Source: a virus
Lineage: Duplodnaviria; Caudoviricetes
Strand: one strand, 5' to 3'
Virus record (IMG/VR): IMGVR_UViG_3300025687_000146
Coordinates: 1-35,913 of that record
Length of the DNA stretch: 35,913 bases
Each line of letters opens with the position of its first letter. The first letter of the stretch is position 1. Of the stretch, positions 16,088 through 25,047 are shown in pieces. Under the pieces are notes generated by a model that saw only the letters and a list, made by a program, of their open reading frames with translations, was not told where the DNA came from and ran no database searches. The position numbers and the translations under genes were made by a program.

Positions 16088-18853
16088 TTGAATAAACAAT
16101 TTGAACACTTAACAAATATAGAAAAAATAAGCCCTTCGCCATTTAAAATATGCAGGAACAGATTACAAGAAACTAAATGGGTACCACATTATAAAGTTCC
16201 ATTAAACGAAAAAAATACTCCTTGTGACCATAGAACTGTATTAAGTAACGAAGTTATATTTGAATTAGATGCAAGAGCATGGGGTCAGAATAAAAAAATA
16301 GCTCTTATAATACTAGGTGCCCTAGAAGAACTTGAAATTCCGTACTATATGTACGCTACAGGAGGTAAAGGAGTCCATATAAGCATATATTTTAATAAAT
16401 TAGTATTAACTAAAGAACAAACTGAAACATTCAATACTGCGCTACGTTACGGCTTTACATGGAAGCATATACGATTATGGTTATTATATGATATAATATC
16501 TTATGCAGGATTAAGCGCAAGTACCGCAGGTAAAGGCGCAGGATTTATTATAGATACTGCGCCTATTTCATTTAATGAATTATATGACGGAACTCACTTA
16601 ATACGTTCATGTGGAGGTAGACATCAAGTATATAATAAAGAAGCAATGGATACAGAAACACATTACAAAACATTTATTACTAAAGATGACTTAAAATCGC
16701 GAAAACCTAGAGTAACAAACCTTGAACACGTAAATTATCCTAGCGAACTAGAAACATTTGATATTAATACTGAACTATTATTTAATTATATTGAATCTTT
16801 TATTAATAAAGCAATAGAGAATAAACAACAAAAATATGATGATATTAAATTAGATGGAGGTTTTATGGGTTTAGCGTGTATTCAAACATTACTAGATGGA
16901 ACTAGTGAAGGGCAAAGAAGCATGGGCGCACAAATGATTTCATCGGCATTAATACTAGATGATACACCTAAACCGTTAGAAATATTAAAAGATTATACTA
17001 ATAATTGTAAACAAACAGGTGATTCATTTACGCTTAGCGAAGCAACAAATTGGTATACATGGTTACAAAACCAGCCTTCTAATTTCTTTAATCATAAAAT
17101 AATGGAAGAAATGGGATGGTGTGATGGTACTTGTGAATATACAAAAATACTAAAAAAAGACGCTATTAAAGTACTAGAAAACTCTAAGTTGCTAGAACGA
17201 ATAAATAAATATATTGGAATAACAGTAGCTGGAGAAGAAAAAACTAGAGTATTATTATTTTTATTATTATTAAGCTCAAAATTTGATGTAAAAGGCAAAA
17301 ATAAAGGTATTGGGTCATGCTCGCCTCAGAGTATTATACTAAGTAGCAGTAGTAGTAGTGGTAAATCATGGGTAACTAAACAAATACTTAAATTATTTGG
17401 TGAAGATAGCCAAGTATATAGTAGAATGACAGCTAGTGTACTTAATTATTTCCAAGATGTTGATATGACCGGTAAAATCTTGTTTATTGAAGAATTACAA
17501 AGTTTAGACTCATCAAGTAATCAATTACGATTATGGATAAGCGAAGGAACACTTAAATTAGCAAGTGTTGAAAAAGAAAAAGATGATGACGGTGTTGAAA
17601 CTAATAAATTAACAGTTAAAAAGAATATTGGACAACCTGCTTTTATTACAGGTACAGCTGAAGATGAAATTGATGAACAAATGAGTAATAGGTCATGGCT
17701 TATAAGTATGGATATAACTACTTCACAAAATGCTAAAGTACTAGATTTTGCGGATAAAGTAGCAAAAGGTTTAATAGTTGATGATTTTATTGAACAACGT
17801 ATATTACAAGACGCAATAAAAGAATTAAAATCTTATGAAGTTATTATTCCGTTCCTTGATAGACATATATTAAATTTACCAATTGAAGATACACGTGTAA
17901 GAAGAGACTATAATAAGCTTAAAACACTTATTTGTTGTAGTGCTTTATTACATCAGTACCAAAGAGAAATTATTACCACGGATACAGGTAAACAGCTCTT
18001 AATAGCTGAATTTGATGATTACGAAATAGCAAGATATTACAGTATGGAAATACTAGAAAGTTCATTTGTAGGATTAACTAATCAGCAAATGGAAATACTA
18101 AATATTATTAGAGATAGTGCATGGTCACTTAATTTTACTGCGTCTCATATTCAAGTTAAGACAGGTTATAGTCAAAAGAAATGCTATACTATATTAAAAC
18201 AATTAGAAGAAGTTGGTGCAATTATTGTTGATGGAACACGTGAAATAGGTAAAACAACTACATTTATGATTAATACAGCAAAACGATTTGGGAGTTTAGA
18301 ATTGCCTAATAAAGATGATTTTATTGAGAAATTAACCTCTGAAAACACTATAATTGATGGCCAACCTATTCCAAAACCACGACTATTTTCTGAAGAAAAT
18401 GATGAAAATTCTCAGATTTATGACTTTGAAATTGCTAGAAAATTATGGCAAAAATTAGGTGAAAACGAAAATAATAGTCGGAGAAAAATACTAGGTTCAC
18501 CTAAAAAAATAATCATTAAAGCTTTAGAAACGGGTAATACAGACCATCTACCTCCACAATTCCAATTTGTTATAACCTATTCCAAAAACCTATTCCAAAA
18601 GGTATATATACTGTTCGCAAAACGTAAGTCAGATTCGGCCTCCGTTTACAAAACTGATGATAAGCCCGAAAAACTAGGTGAAATGACTAGGTTCACAAAA
18701 GAAGATATAATTAAAATATTTAATGAGTCAAATGAGCATTTAATTGACTTAGTTACATTAACTGATATGGGTATTCCAGAAGTCTTAATAAATAATATGA
18801 AAGCCGATGGCGATTTATACGAAGCTAAACCTGGGAGGTTTATGTTATTATGA
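16088..18853 (+). CDS. AEP primase fused to a PriCT/PriL-like domain, an MCM-related AAA+ helicase and winged-helix domains
   Basis: AEP motifs IFELD, TGGKGVHI and IID; 'EGQRS' and Cys residues; Walker A SSSSGKS, Walker B LFIEE, Arg finger SNRS, sensor-2-like RVRRD. TTG start with GAGGTG SD. Confidence 0.8.
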   Translation: MNKQFEHLTNIEKISPSPFKICRNRLQETKWVPHYKVPLNEKNTPCDHRTVLSNEVIFELDARAWGQNKKIALIILGALEELEIPYYMYATGGKGVHISIYFNKLVLTKEQTETFNTALRYGFTWKHIRLWLLYDIISYAGLSASTAGKGAGFIIDTAPISFNELYDGTHLIRSCGGRHQVYNKEAMDTETHYKTFITKDDLKSRKPRVTNLEHVNYPSELETFDINTELLFNYIESFINKAIENKQQKYDDIKLDGGFMGLACIQTLLDGTSEGQRSMGAQMISSALILDDTPKPLEILKDYTNNCKQTGDSFTLSEATNWYTWLQNQPSNFFNHKIMEEMGWCDGTCEYTKILKKDAIKVLENSKLLERINKYIGITVAGEEKTRVLLFLLLLSSKFDVKGKNKGIGSCSPQSIILSSSSSSGKSWVTKQILKLFGEDSQVYSRMTASVLNYFQDVDMTGKILFIEELQSLDSSSNQLRLWISEGTLKLASVEKEKDDDGVETNKLTVKKNIGQPAFITGTAEDEIDEQMSNRSWLISMDITTSQNAKVLDFADKVAKGLIVDDFIEQRILQDAIKELKSYEVIIPFLDRHILNLPIEDTRVRRDYNKLKTLICCSALLHQYQREIITTDTGKQLLIAEFDDYEIARYYSMEILESSFVGLTNQQMEILNIIRDSAWSLNFTASHIQVKTGYSQKKCYTILKQLEEVGAIIVDGTREIGKTTTFMINTAKRFGSLELPNKDDFIEKLTSENTIIDGQPIPKPRLFSEENDENSQIYDFEIARKLWQKLGENENNSRRKILGSPKKIIIKALETGNTDHLPPQFQFVITYSKNLFQKVYILFAKRKSDSASVYKTDDKPEKLGEMTRFTKEDIIKIFNESNEHLIDLVTLTDMGIPEVLINNMKADGDLYEAKPGRFMLL
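18363..18696. repeat. Iteron-like repeats inside the primase-helicase gene
   Basis: AACCTATTCCAAAA at 18363, 18574 and 18587; ACTAGGTTCAC at 18490 and 18686; AAAAA(T/C)TAGGTGAAA at 18450 and 18669. Confidence 0.7.
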
Positions 18854-19077
18854 GAAAGACGAAACAGAAAAAGTATATTTGTATGAGTTGTAAAGTGTAT
18901 TGTGCATACACTGTTAAATCTACTAGGTTATGCCAAAAATGCTATAGTTATTACTACAAAGTAAAAACAAAAGAGTTACAGGAAATGACACCTGATGAAC
19001 TTATTGCATACATCAATGAATCACAGTCATTAGACAGCGACAGGAATCCAGAAGAGATTCAGTCAGGAGGTGTTTAA
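18850..19077 (+). CDS. Small zinc-finger protein
   Basis: CMSC...CQKC; GGAGGT SD. Confidence 0.65.
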   Translation: MRKTKQKKYICMSCKVYCAYTVKSTRLCQKCYSYYYKVKTKELQEMTPDELIAYINESQSLDSDRNPEEIQSGGV

Positions 19078-19078
19078 T

Positions 19079-19429
19079 ATGACAGAAGAAAAAACAGAAA
19101 TTAGTTGGGACGACGCAGTAAGCGATGGTAAATTCGTAAAATTATTATCGGATGAACCAAAAGAACTCGTTATTAAAGAATGGGTGCTAGAAGCTGTTAC
19201 GAAAACATTCCAAGGTGTAGAAACAGATGAAATTGAATTCAAAGCAGTAGTAATCATGGAAGACGGCGAAGAATGTGACAAAATAATTACAACTACTAGC
19301 AATAGGCTTAAAAAAGGCTTAAGAAAAGTCTTAGAGAGCAAAGACCCAACAATAGATACAGTAAAAATAAGAATAATGAAAGTTGGAGAAGCATTCAACA
19401 CACAATATTCTGTAAAGGAGATGGCTTAA
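19079..19429 (+). CDS. Hypothetical protein, possibly ssDNA-binding (OB-like)
   Basis: GGAGGTG SD; beta-rich; replication context. The function is only a guess. Confidence 0.45.
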   Translation: MTEEKTEISWDDAVSDGKFVKLLSDEPKELVIKEWVLEAVTKTFQGVETDEIEFKAVVIMEDGEECDKIITTTSNRLKKGLRKVLESKDPTIDTVKIRIMKVGEAFNTQYSVKEMA

Positions 19430-19756
19430 ATGCCATCTTCTTTTTTACATGATATGTTCTTGAAACAAACAAATCTTCAAGAAAAACTGGGAAATGATGT
19501 AAATAGTCAAGCATTTATTAATGAAATGATACTATGCACTGTTGATGAATTAATGGAAGCATTACGAGAAACACCATGGAAGAGTTGGAAAAAAAATCAA
19601 GAATTACACACAGAAAAATTCAAAGAAGAGATTATTGATATATGGCATTTTATTATTAATCTATCACTAGCAAGTGGTATGGGACCACAAGAAGTTTATG
19701 ATAGATTTATTAATAAAAACAAAATCAATATTAAAAGACAGGAGGATAATTACTAA
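19430..19756 (+). CDS. All-alpha NTP pyrophosphatase (dimeric dUTPase/dCTPase, MazG-like)
   Basis: DELMEAL...PWKSWK...EEIIDIWHF...KN..N..RQ. Confidence 0.85.
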   Translation: MPSSFLHDMFLKQTNLQEKLGNDVNSQAFINEMILCTVDELMEALRETPWKSWKKNQELHTEKFKEEIIDIWHFIINLSLASGMGPQEVYDRFINKNKINIKRQEDNY

Positions 19757-19757
19757 A

Positions 19758-20195
19758 ATGAAATACGATTTTTATTTAGCAAGTGGTTGGTTTAGTCCAG
19801 ACCAAGAAGCAGGCAGACAAACAATTTTAGATATAGCTAATGAGTTAGGTCTAACATATTTTAGTCCAAAGGATGAAATTGTTTGTGCTCCAGGCGCTAC
19901 GATAGAGCAACAAGAAAAAGTATTTAGTGGTAATATTGATGCAATAAAAAATTCAAGATTTGTTGTTGTCAACACAGCCGGCAAAGACATGGGTACTATA
20001 TTTGAAGCAGGGGCGTCTTATGTATTAAATAAACCTATTATTTATTTGTGTCTAGGGCTAAAAGGTAATTTTAATTTAATGCTTAGTAGAAGTGGTGCAG
20101 CAGTAGCAACAACTAAAGATGAATTAAGAGAACACTTATCTAGAATACAAAATGAACCGTATTACCGAAAAGAATATATAGGTAACATAGAATGA
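19758..20195 (+). CDS. Nucleoside 2-deoxyribosyltransferase / nucleotide N-glycosidase family
   Basis: YLASGWFS, FSP, DMGTIFEAG (catalytic Glu) and NLML; GGAGG SD before ATG 19758. Confidence 0.85.
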   Translation: MKYDFYLASGWFSPDQEAGRQTILDIANELGLTYFSPKDEIVCAPGATIEQQEKVFSGNIDAIKNSRFVVVNTAGKDMGTIFEAGASYVLNKPIIYLCLGLKGNFNLMLSRSGAAVATTKDELREHLSRIQNEPYYRKEYIGNIE

Positions 20196-20692
20196 ACAAA
20201 GCAATACTTGATGAAATGTATAGTCTAAAAAATATAATTAGATATAACAATTTACCAAGAATAAAAGACGAGAGCGTAGCAGAACATAGCTACTTTGTCG
20301 CTCTTATTGTTACCGAATTATACAAAGAATACCGTTTTGATTTAGGTAAAGCATTACTAACAGCTATTGTTCATGATATTGCAGAAATATGGATTAGTGA
20401 TATTCCGCGAAATATTAAAAACAATCATCACGAACTAGAATTATTAATGGATAAAATAGAATTAAATATTGTTAAAGAAAAATATCCTGAGCATTTGTCT
20501 CTTATTAAAGACTTTAATTACAAAAGAACAATTGAAGGATTAATTGTAAAACTCGCAGATTGTTATAGTGTATTACAATACGCAGAACAAGAAGTAAAAC
20601 TAGGTAGTACATTTTATATGCCAGATGTAATAAAACAGGCTAAAAAATATATTAAAATACTAGAAAAAACTTTGAGAGTGTGCAAAAGATGA
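20192..20692 (+). CDS. HD-domain 5'-deoxynucleotidase / dNTPase (YfbR-like)
   Basis: RY...ESVAEHSY...VHDIAE...SDIP...VKLAD. Confidence 0.88.
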   Translation: MNKAILDEMYSLKNIIRYNNLPRIKDESVAEHSYFVALIVTELYKEYRFDLGKALLTAIVHDIAEIWISDIPRNIKNNHHELELLMDKIELNIVKEKYPEHLSLIKDFNYKRTIEGLIVKLADCYSVLQYAEQEVKLGSTFYMPDVIKQAKKYIKILEKTLRVCKR

Positions 20693-21132
20693 AACCAATA
20701 CTATTAATAATTGATGGAATGGATAGAACCGGTAAGACGTCAGTAATAAAAGAAATTAATAAACAAACTAATTACGCGCCTCTTATTATAGATAGAGGCC
20801 CAATTGGGTATAAAGCATATAGCGAATTATTTAATAAAGATAATAAACCAGAAGATTATGATATGCTTGAAACAAGTTTATTACATGTTAATCACTTATG
20901 TGTTTATTTATTTGCTGATGAAAATATAATATACAATAGATGTATTGATACTAATGAACCACTTATTTATAAAGGTATTAGAGAAAACTTAAGGCTATAC
21001 AAAAAATACTATGACAAATCTATTTTAAACAAAATAATACTAGATAGTGGTAAGTATACAACGAAAGAAATAGTAAAAATAATATTAAACGAGGTAGAAA
21101 AAAATGGTAATAAAAATAAATGCAACTTTTAA
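20689..21132 (+). CDS. dNMP (thymidylate-like) kinase
   Basis: P-loop IDGMDRTGKTS, IIDRG and lid Arg; ATGA overlap. Confidence 0.85.
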   Translation: MKPILLIIDGMDRTGKTSVIKEINKQTNYAPLIIDRGPIGYKAYSELFNKDNKPEDYDMLETSLLHVNHLCVYLFADENIIYNRCIDTNEPLIYKGIRENLRLYKKYYDKSILNKIILDSGKYTTKEIVKIILNEVEKNGNKNKCNF

Positions 21133-21364
21133 AACAAAAGGCAATAAAGAAGAAGCACAACCTTTAACACCTAGCGTGTTTATAACAGATAATGATGGAA
21201 CATTACATGTTCATAATTTGGAAGCAGGATTAGAAGTCTTAAAAGATATGATATGGAGAGATTGTTATGCTAAAAGAACTGAACCAAAAAAAGTTACGTA
21301 CAGATATAATATAGAAGAAGTTAAAGAACGAAAAAAACTAGGATACCCGGAGTTGAAACCATGA
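21104..21364 (+). CDS. Hypothetical protein inside the nucleotide operon
   Basis: GAGGT SD; overlaps both neighbours. Confidence 0.6.
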   Translation: MVIKINATFKTKGNKEEAQPLTPSVFITDNDGTLHVHNLEAGLEVLKDMIWRDCYAKRTEPKKVTYRYNIEEVKERKKLGYPELKP

Positions 21365-22197
21365 AAGATTTCCCAGAAGCAATAAGATTTAATGAAAAAC
21401 CAACAACTAAGTATTATAATAGTAAAAATAATATTAAAGTTACAATGTTACAATCTCCACCAAAAGATTTTAGAGATACGTGTTGCGAAATGATTATGAG
21501 TACATGGAAAGATGATGCTAACCAAGAAACATTATATAATGAAGAAATTATTAATGATTTATTTAGTTTTAAAGTGTTACCTAATTCAATGGAAGCCTTT
21601 AATTTTACTTTTAAAATTGAAGGTTTAACTCATATTGAGTCAACACATATGTTAAGACACCGAACTTTTAAAGGTATTCATTACCAATGCAGTGGAGACC
21701 GATTCTTAACTCATGATAGTGTATTTATACCAAGCAGTATAGAAAACTCAGAATTTAATGATAGATATAGAAAAATAACAGAGGACACTAAACAATTATA
21801 TCAAGATATGGTTGATAGTAAAAAAATAAGTTTAATGGATGCACGATACATATTAAATCGTAATCATAGATACTTTGCATACTTTACCATGAATATAAAA
21901 GAAGTACTAGCATTTATTAACCAAAGAAAATGTACAATGATACAACCCGAATTAGATAATGTTATTGCTAAACAAATATACGAGTTGGTAATAAAAGAAA
22001 TTCCTGAGTTATCAAAAGTACTAACGTTGAAATGTGGGCCAAAGTGCCATTTTATAATTAGTAAACCTGAAAGGAACACAAGATTATATAAGCCAGATAA
22101 GACACATGCTAAATACATGACTGATGACCATGGTTCAATATATAATAATACAAGACTTGAAATGGGGTGTGAATACGATGAACAAGATAGAGATTGA
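21361..22197 (+). CDS. thyX: Flavin-dependent thymidylate synthase-like protein (divergent ThyX)
   Basis: FTFKIEG, LRHRTFKGIHYQCSGDR, DARYIL and QRKC..IQPE. The spacing differs from canonical RHRx7S. Confidence 0.75.
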   Translation: MKDFPEAIRFNEKPTTKYYNSKNNIKVTMLQSPPKDFRDTCCEMIMSTWKDDANQETLYNEEIINDLFSFKVLPNSMEAFNFTFKIEGLTHIESTHMLRHRTFKGIHYQCSGDRFLTHDSVFIPSSIENSEFNDRYRKITEDTKQLYQDMVDSKKISLMDARYILNRNHRYFAYFTMNIKEVLAFINQRKCTMIQPELDNVIAKQIYELVIKEIPELSKVLTLKCGPKCHFIISKPERNTRLYKPDKTHAKYMTDDHGSIYNNTRLEMGCEYDEQDRD

Positions 22198-22588
22198 AAT
22201 ACCGCATGTAAGTGATGATTATTTCGAGAAAAAAAATGTTAGTTTTACATTTACTAATCAAGATAAACCATTAGGTGACTTGTTTACTAATACACACGAT
22301 GTTCTATATTATGATAGGTTAAGAGCTGAACTTAACCATTTATTTTATAGATACGAAATCGGGCTACTTGGCAATAGACAAATTATTTTAGTTAGTGATG
22401 AATGTATTAGTATGATACACATACTACCATCACCAGAACTAACTATTGTTAATGTATACCAGCGAAGTTGTAATTACAAAACTTCGTTCAAAGAAGATAT
22501 AGGTTTTATAATAGATTATTTTATGCAACAACATCAAAATGTAGAAATAAATTATAAAATAGGGAGTCTACATTATTATAAAAAATGA
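22178..22588 (+). CDS. Miniature ThyA-fold protein (thymidylate synthase / dCMP hydroxymethylase-like, 136 aa)
   Basis: NRQII, ECISMIH (Cys nucleophile), VYQRSCNYKTSFKED and IGSLHYY; GGGGTG SD before ATG 22178. Confidence 0.7.
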   Translation: MNKIEIEIPHVSDDYFEKKNVSFTFTNQDKPLGDLFTNTHDVLYYDRLRAELNHLFYRYEIGLLGNRQIILVSDECISMIHILPSPELTIVNVYQRSCNYKTSFKEDIGFIIDYFMQQHQNVEINYKIGSLHYYKK

Positions 22589-24384
22589 TACCTAAAAACG
22601 TACTAGTATTTGATATTGAAACAGACGGATTAGATACAAGTAAATGTAATATGAAATCGTTTCATGCGTATTCTTACAAGACCAAAGAATACTATAACTT
22701 ATTCGAAGAAGATATACAACAAATTAAAGAAATATTAATTGACCACCACGCATTTGTAACATTTAATGGTGACCAATTCGATATACCTATACTAGAACGT
22801 ATTCTTGGTTTAAAACTAAGATATAATAGGTCACTTGATTTATTAAAGCTTATTAGAAAAAGAGAATCCTTGATAAGATATAAAGGGTTTAAATCAAAGT
22901 CTTTAGCAAATGTTTGTAAAGTATTAGGATTAGAAGAACTTAAACAAGAAGGATTCGATTATACAATACTACAACAAGATAGTTTCACACAAGAAGAAAA
23001 AGCGTTAATAATTAAGTATGGTAAACAAGATATTAAAACAACAAAATCCTTATTTGAATACTTGTATAAATATTTCTATTTTTATAAAGACCATATTAGT
23101 AAAAAAGATAATGATAACTGGGCATGGTTAATGACAAGCCCTGGAACTTATGCGTATAAAGCAGTATGCCATTTATCTGGTATTAAAGAAGAATGGCCAA
23201 GTGACGCAGAAACAGAAGCTAATAAACAGACTAGTCTAACTTTCCCAGGAGGATATGTTAGTAAACCAAGCAGTAAACTAGAAAGAGGCAAAATATATTG
23301 TCTTGATTTCAATAGCGCGTATCCTCACGCTTATATGATGATGAATTTATTCGGGTACGATTGTACTTGTTGTACACCAGAAGAAAAATTTACTGGTACC
23401 GATATATATAAATTAAACGGTGCTTATTGTACAAAAAAACTAAATCCAATAAGTGAAACTATTAAAAAATTATATCATACACGATTAAAATATAAAAAGA
23501 ACAAGGACCCAAGAGAAGTAGCACTAAAAATAATTTTAAATACATTATACGGTATTTGTGGTAATCCAACTTTTAAAAACGTATTCAATCTTAATACAGC
23601 TAAGGATTGCACATTATTCGTTAGAGAAACATTAAAGTACGCAAGAAATGAATTTGATAAAATGGGTTACAGAATTATTTATAGTGATACTGACAGTATA
23701 TATTTAGCAGATGATTTCAATGACGAAAAACGATTAATGAAAGTTAAAGATAAAATTATTAAAAAAATAAATGAGGATACACCTTTCCCACAAAGTACTT
23801 ATGACCTTGGTATCGATGACAGAATTAAGTTCATGTTTTTTCCTGGAGAAAAAAAGAAATCATATTTGTATTTAAATAATGAGAACAAAGTAGTAATAAA
23901 AGGTTTACCATTAATTAAAAATAATGCTAGTCATTTAAGCATGGTAATATTCAAGAAATACATTGAACCTATTATTATTAAAGACCACGAAGTATTATTT
24001 AATAGTAAACAATTATATTCATGGATAAAAACAGAACTAGAAAATGATATAACACTCGCAGGAATAGAATGGAAAGTAGATAAACCGTCGTCTTATAAAA
24101 ATAAAACACAAATACAGTATCAAATAGCAGAAGAATATGGAAAAGGAATACACTTGCTTATACCAAATATAAGAGGAATAGGTATAGGTAAAGCCAAGAG
24201 TTATTGTACTATTGATGAATTCAAAAAATATAATATTAAATGGAATGAAATAGACTTAGAAAAAACGTATAGTGAATTACAAATCTTTACAGAAGGAACA
24301 CTAAAACAAATAGCAATAAAAATAAAAAGTAAAAATGGTAAGAAGTTAATGATACCTAATACTCTTGGAGATTGGATACAATGA
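22585..24384 (+). CDS. polB: Family B DNA polymerase (minimal, with 3'-5' exonuclease)
   Basis: ExoI FDIET, ExoII FNGDQFD, ExoIII YGKQD; polymerase motifs DFNSAYP, KIILNTLYG, YSDTDS, KKSY and KGL. Confidence 0.95.
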   Translation: MIPKNVLVFDIETDGLDTSKCNMKSFHAYSYKTKEYYNLFEEDIQQIKEILIDHHAFVTFNGDQFDIPILERILGLKLRYNRSLDLLKLIRKRESLIRYKGFKSKSLANVCKVLGLEELKQEGFDYTILQQDSFTQEEKALIIKYGKQDIKTTKSLFEYLYKYFYFYKDHISKKDNDNWAWLMTSPGTYAYKAVCHLSGIKEEWPSDAETEANKQTSLTFPGGYVSKPSSKLERGKIYCLDFNSAYPHAYMMMNLFGYDCTCCTPEEKFTGTDIYKLNGAYCTKKLNPISETIKKLYHTRLKYKKNKDPREVALKIILNTLYGICGNPTFKNVFNLNTAKDCTLFVRETLKYARNEFDKMGYRIIYSDTDSIYLADDFNDEKRLMKVKDKIIKKINEDTPFPQSTYDLGIDDRIKFMFFPGEKKKSYLYLNNENKVVIKGLPLIKNNASHLSMVIFKKYIEPIIIKDHEVLFNSKQLYSWIKTELENDITLAGIEWKVDKPSSYKNKTQIQYQIAEEYGKGIHLLIPNIRGIGIGKAKSYCTIDEFKKYNIKWNEIDLEKTYSELQIFTEGTLKQIAIKIKSKNGKKLMIPNTLGDWIQ

Positions 24385-24821
24385 TAATACTACAAGACAC
24401 AAGGGAACAAAAACCATATTGGAGGAATAAAAAAAATGAAATCGAAACAAAAACGCTCAAAACAGGCGACTATTCAATTAAAGGTATGGAAACACGAATT
24501 GCTATCGAAAGAAAAAGTATGGCGGACTTATTTGGTACTCTCGGAAAAGGACACAAAAGATTTAAACGCGAAATCTCTAGAGGTTTGGAAATGGACTATT
24601 TTGGAATTTATATCGAAGGTACTGAAGAGAAAATTAGAAATAAGGATTTCCCTGGTAGCTATTACAGTAAGATGCGAGGATTTATTATACTTAAAATCCT
24701 TAAGACCATTGAGACTCGCTACGGAGTTGATGTCGTATACTGTGATAACAGAAACGGGTGCAAAAAAGCAATCAAAAAAAAATTTAAAGATTTCATAGAG
24801 GAACACAATGATAAAATCTAG
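24381..24821 (+). CDS. ERCC4/XPF-domain nuclease (putative resolvase)
   Basis: DTREQ, TGDYS and IERKSMADL. Confidence 0.9.
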   Translation: MIILQDTREQKPYWRNKKNEIETKTLKTGDYSIKGMETRIAIERKSMADLFGTLGKGHKRFKREISRGLEMDYFGIYIEGTEEKIRNKDFPGSYYSKMRGFIILKILKTIETRYGVDVVYCDNRNGCKKAIKKKFKDFIEEHNDKI

Positions 24822-25047
24822 AATAGGAATATTAGATAAAATAAGACCACGAGTAACTAAAAAAGGTCAAAAAGTTTTGACTGTGTGGATACAAGGGATA
24901 GATTACACTTGTTGGGAATGCCGTGATTATACAATGTGGATGAACAAACAAGTTAAAGTAATATACAAAGAAGCACCGTACGGTGATAACATATTATATA
25001 TTGGAGAACCAAATAAAATAATACCATTAGAGGTAATGATAAAATGA
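24808..25047 (+). CDS. Small hypothetical protein, possibly OB-fold
   Basis: 'RVTKKGQKVLTVWI' resembles OB-fold strands; GAGG SD. Confidence 0.5.
   Translation: MIKSRIGILDKIRPRVTKKGQKVLTVWIQGIDYTCWECRDYTMWMNKQVKVIYKEAPYGDNILYIGEPNKIIPLEVMIK

Noticed and set aside
17342-17360. AGT/AGC microsatellite as a phase-variation tract
   Set aside because: It is in frame and encodes the Ser run leading into Walker A; a trinucleotide unit would not switch the frame.
19430-20692. 2-aminoadenine (Z-genome) pathway suggested by MazG-like plus HD genes (MazZ/DatZ)
   Set aside because: No PurZ/adenylosuccinate synthetase-like gene is in the window, and the neighbouring enzymes are pyrimidine-directed.
24436-24798. 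120-aa alternate-frame ORF inside the ERCC4 gene
   Set aside because: It is fully nested in a gene with clear catalytic motifs and has no recognisable features. An upstream GGAGG exists, so it is not strictly excluded.
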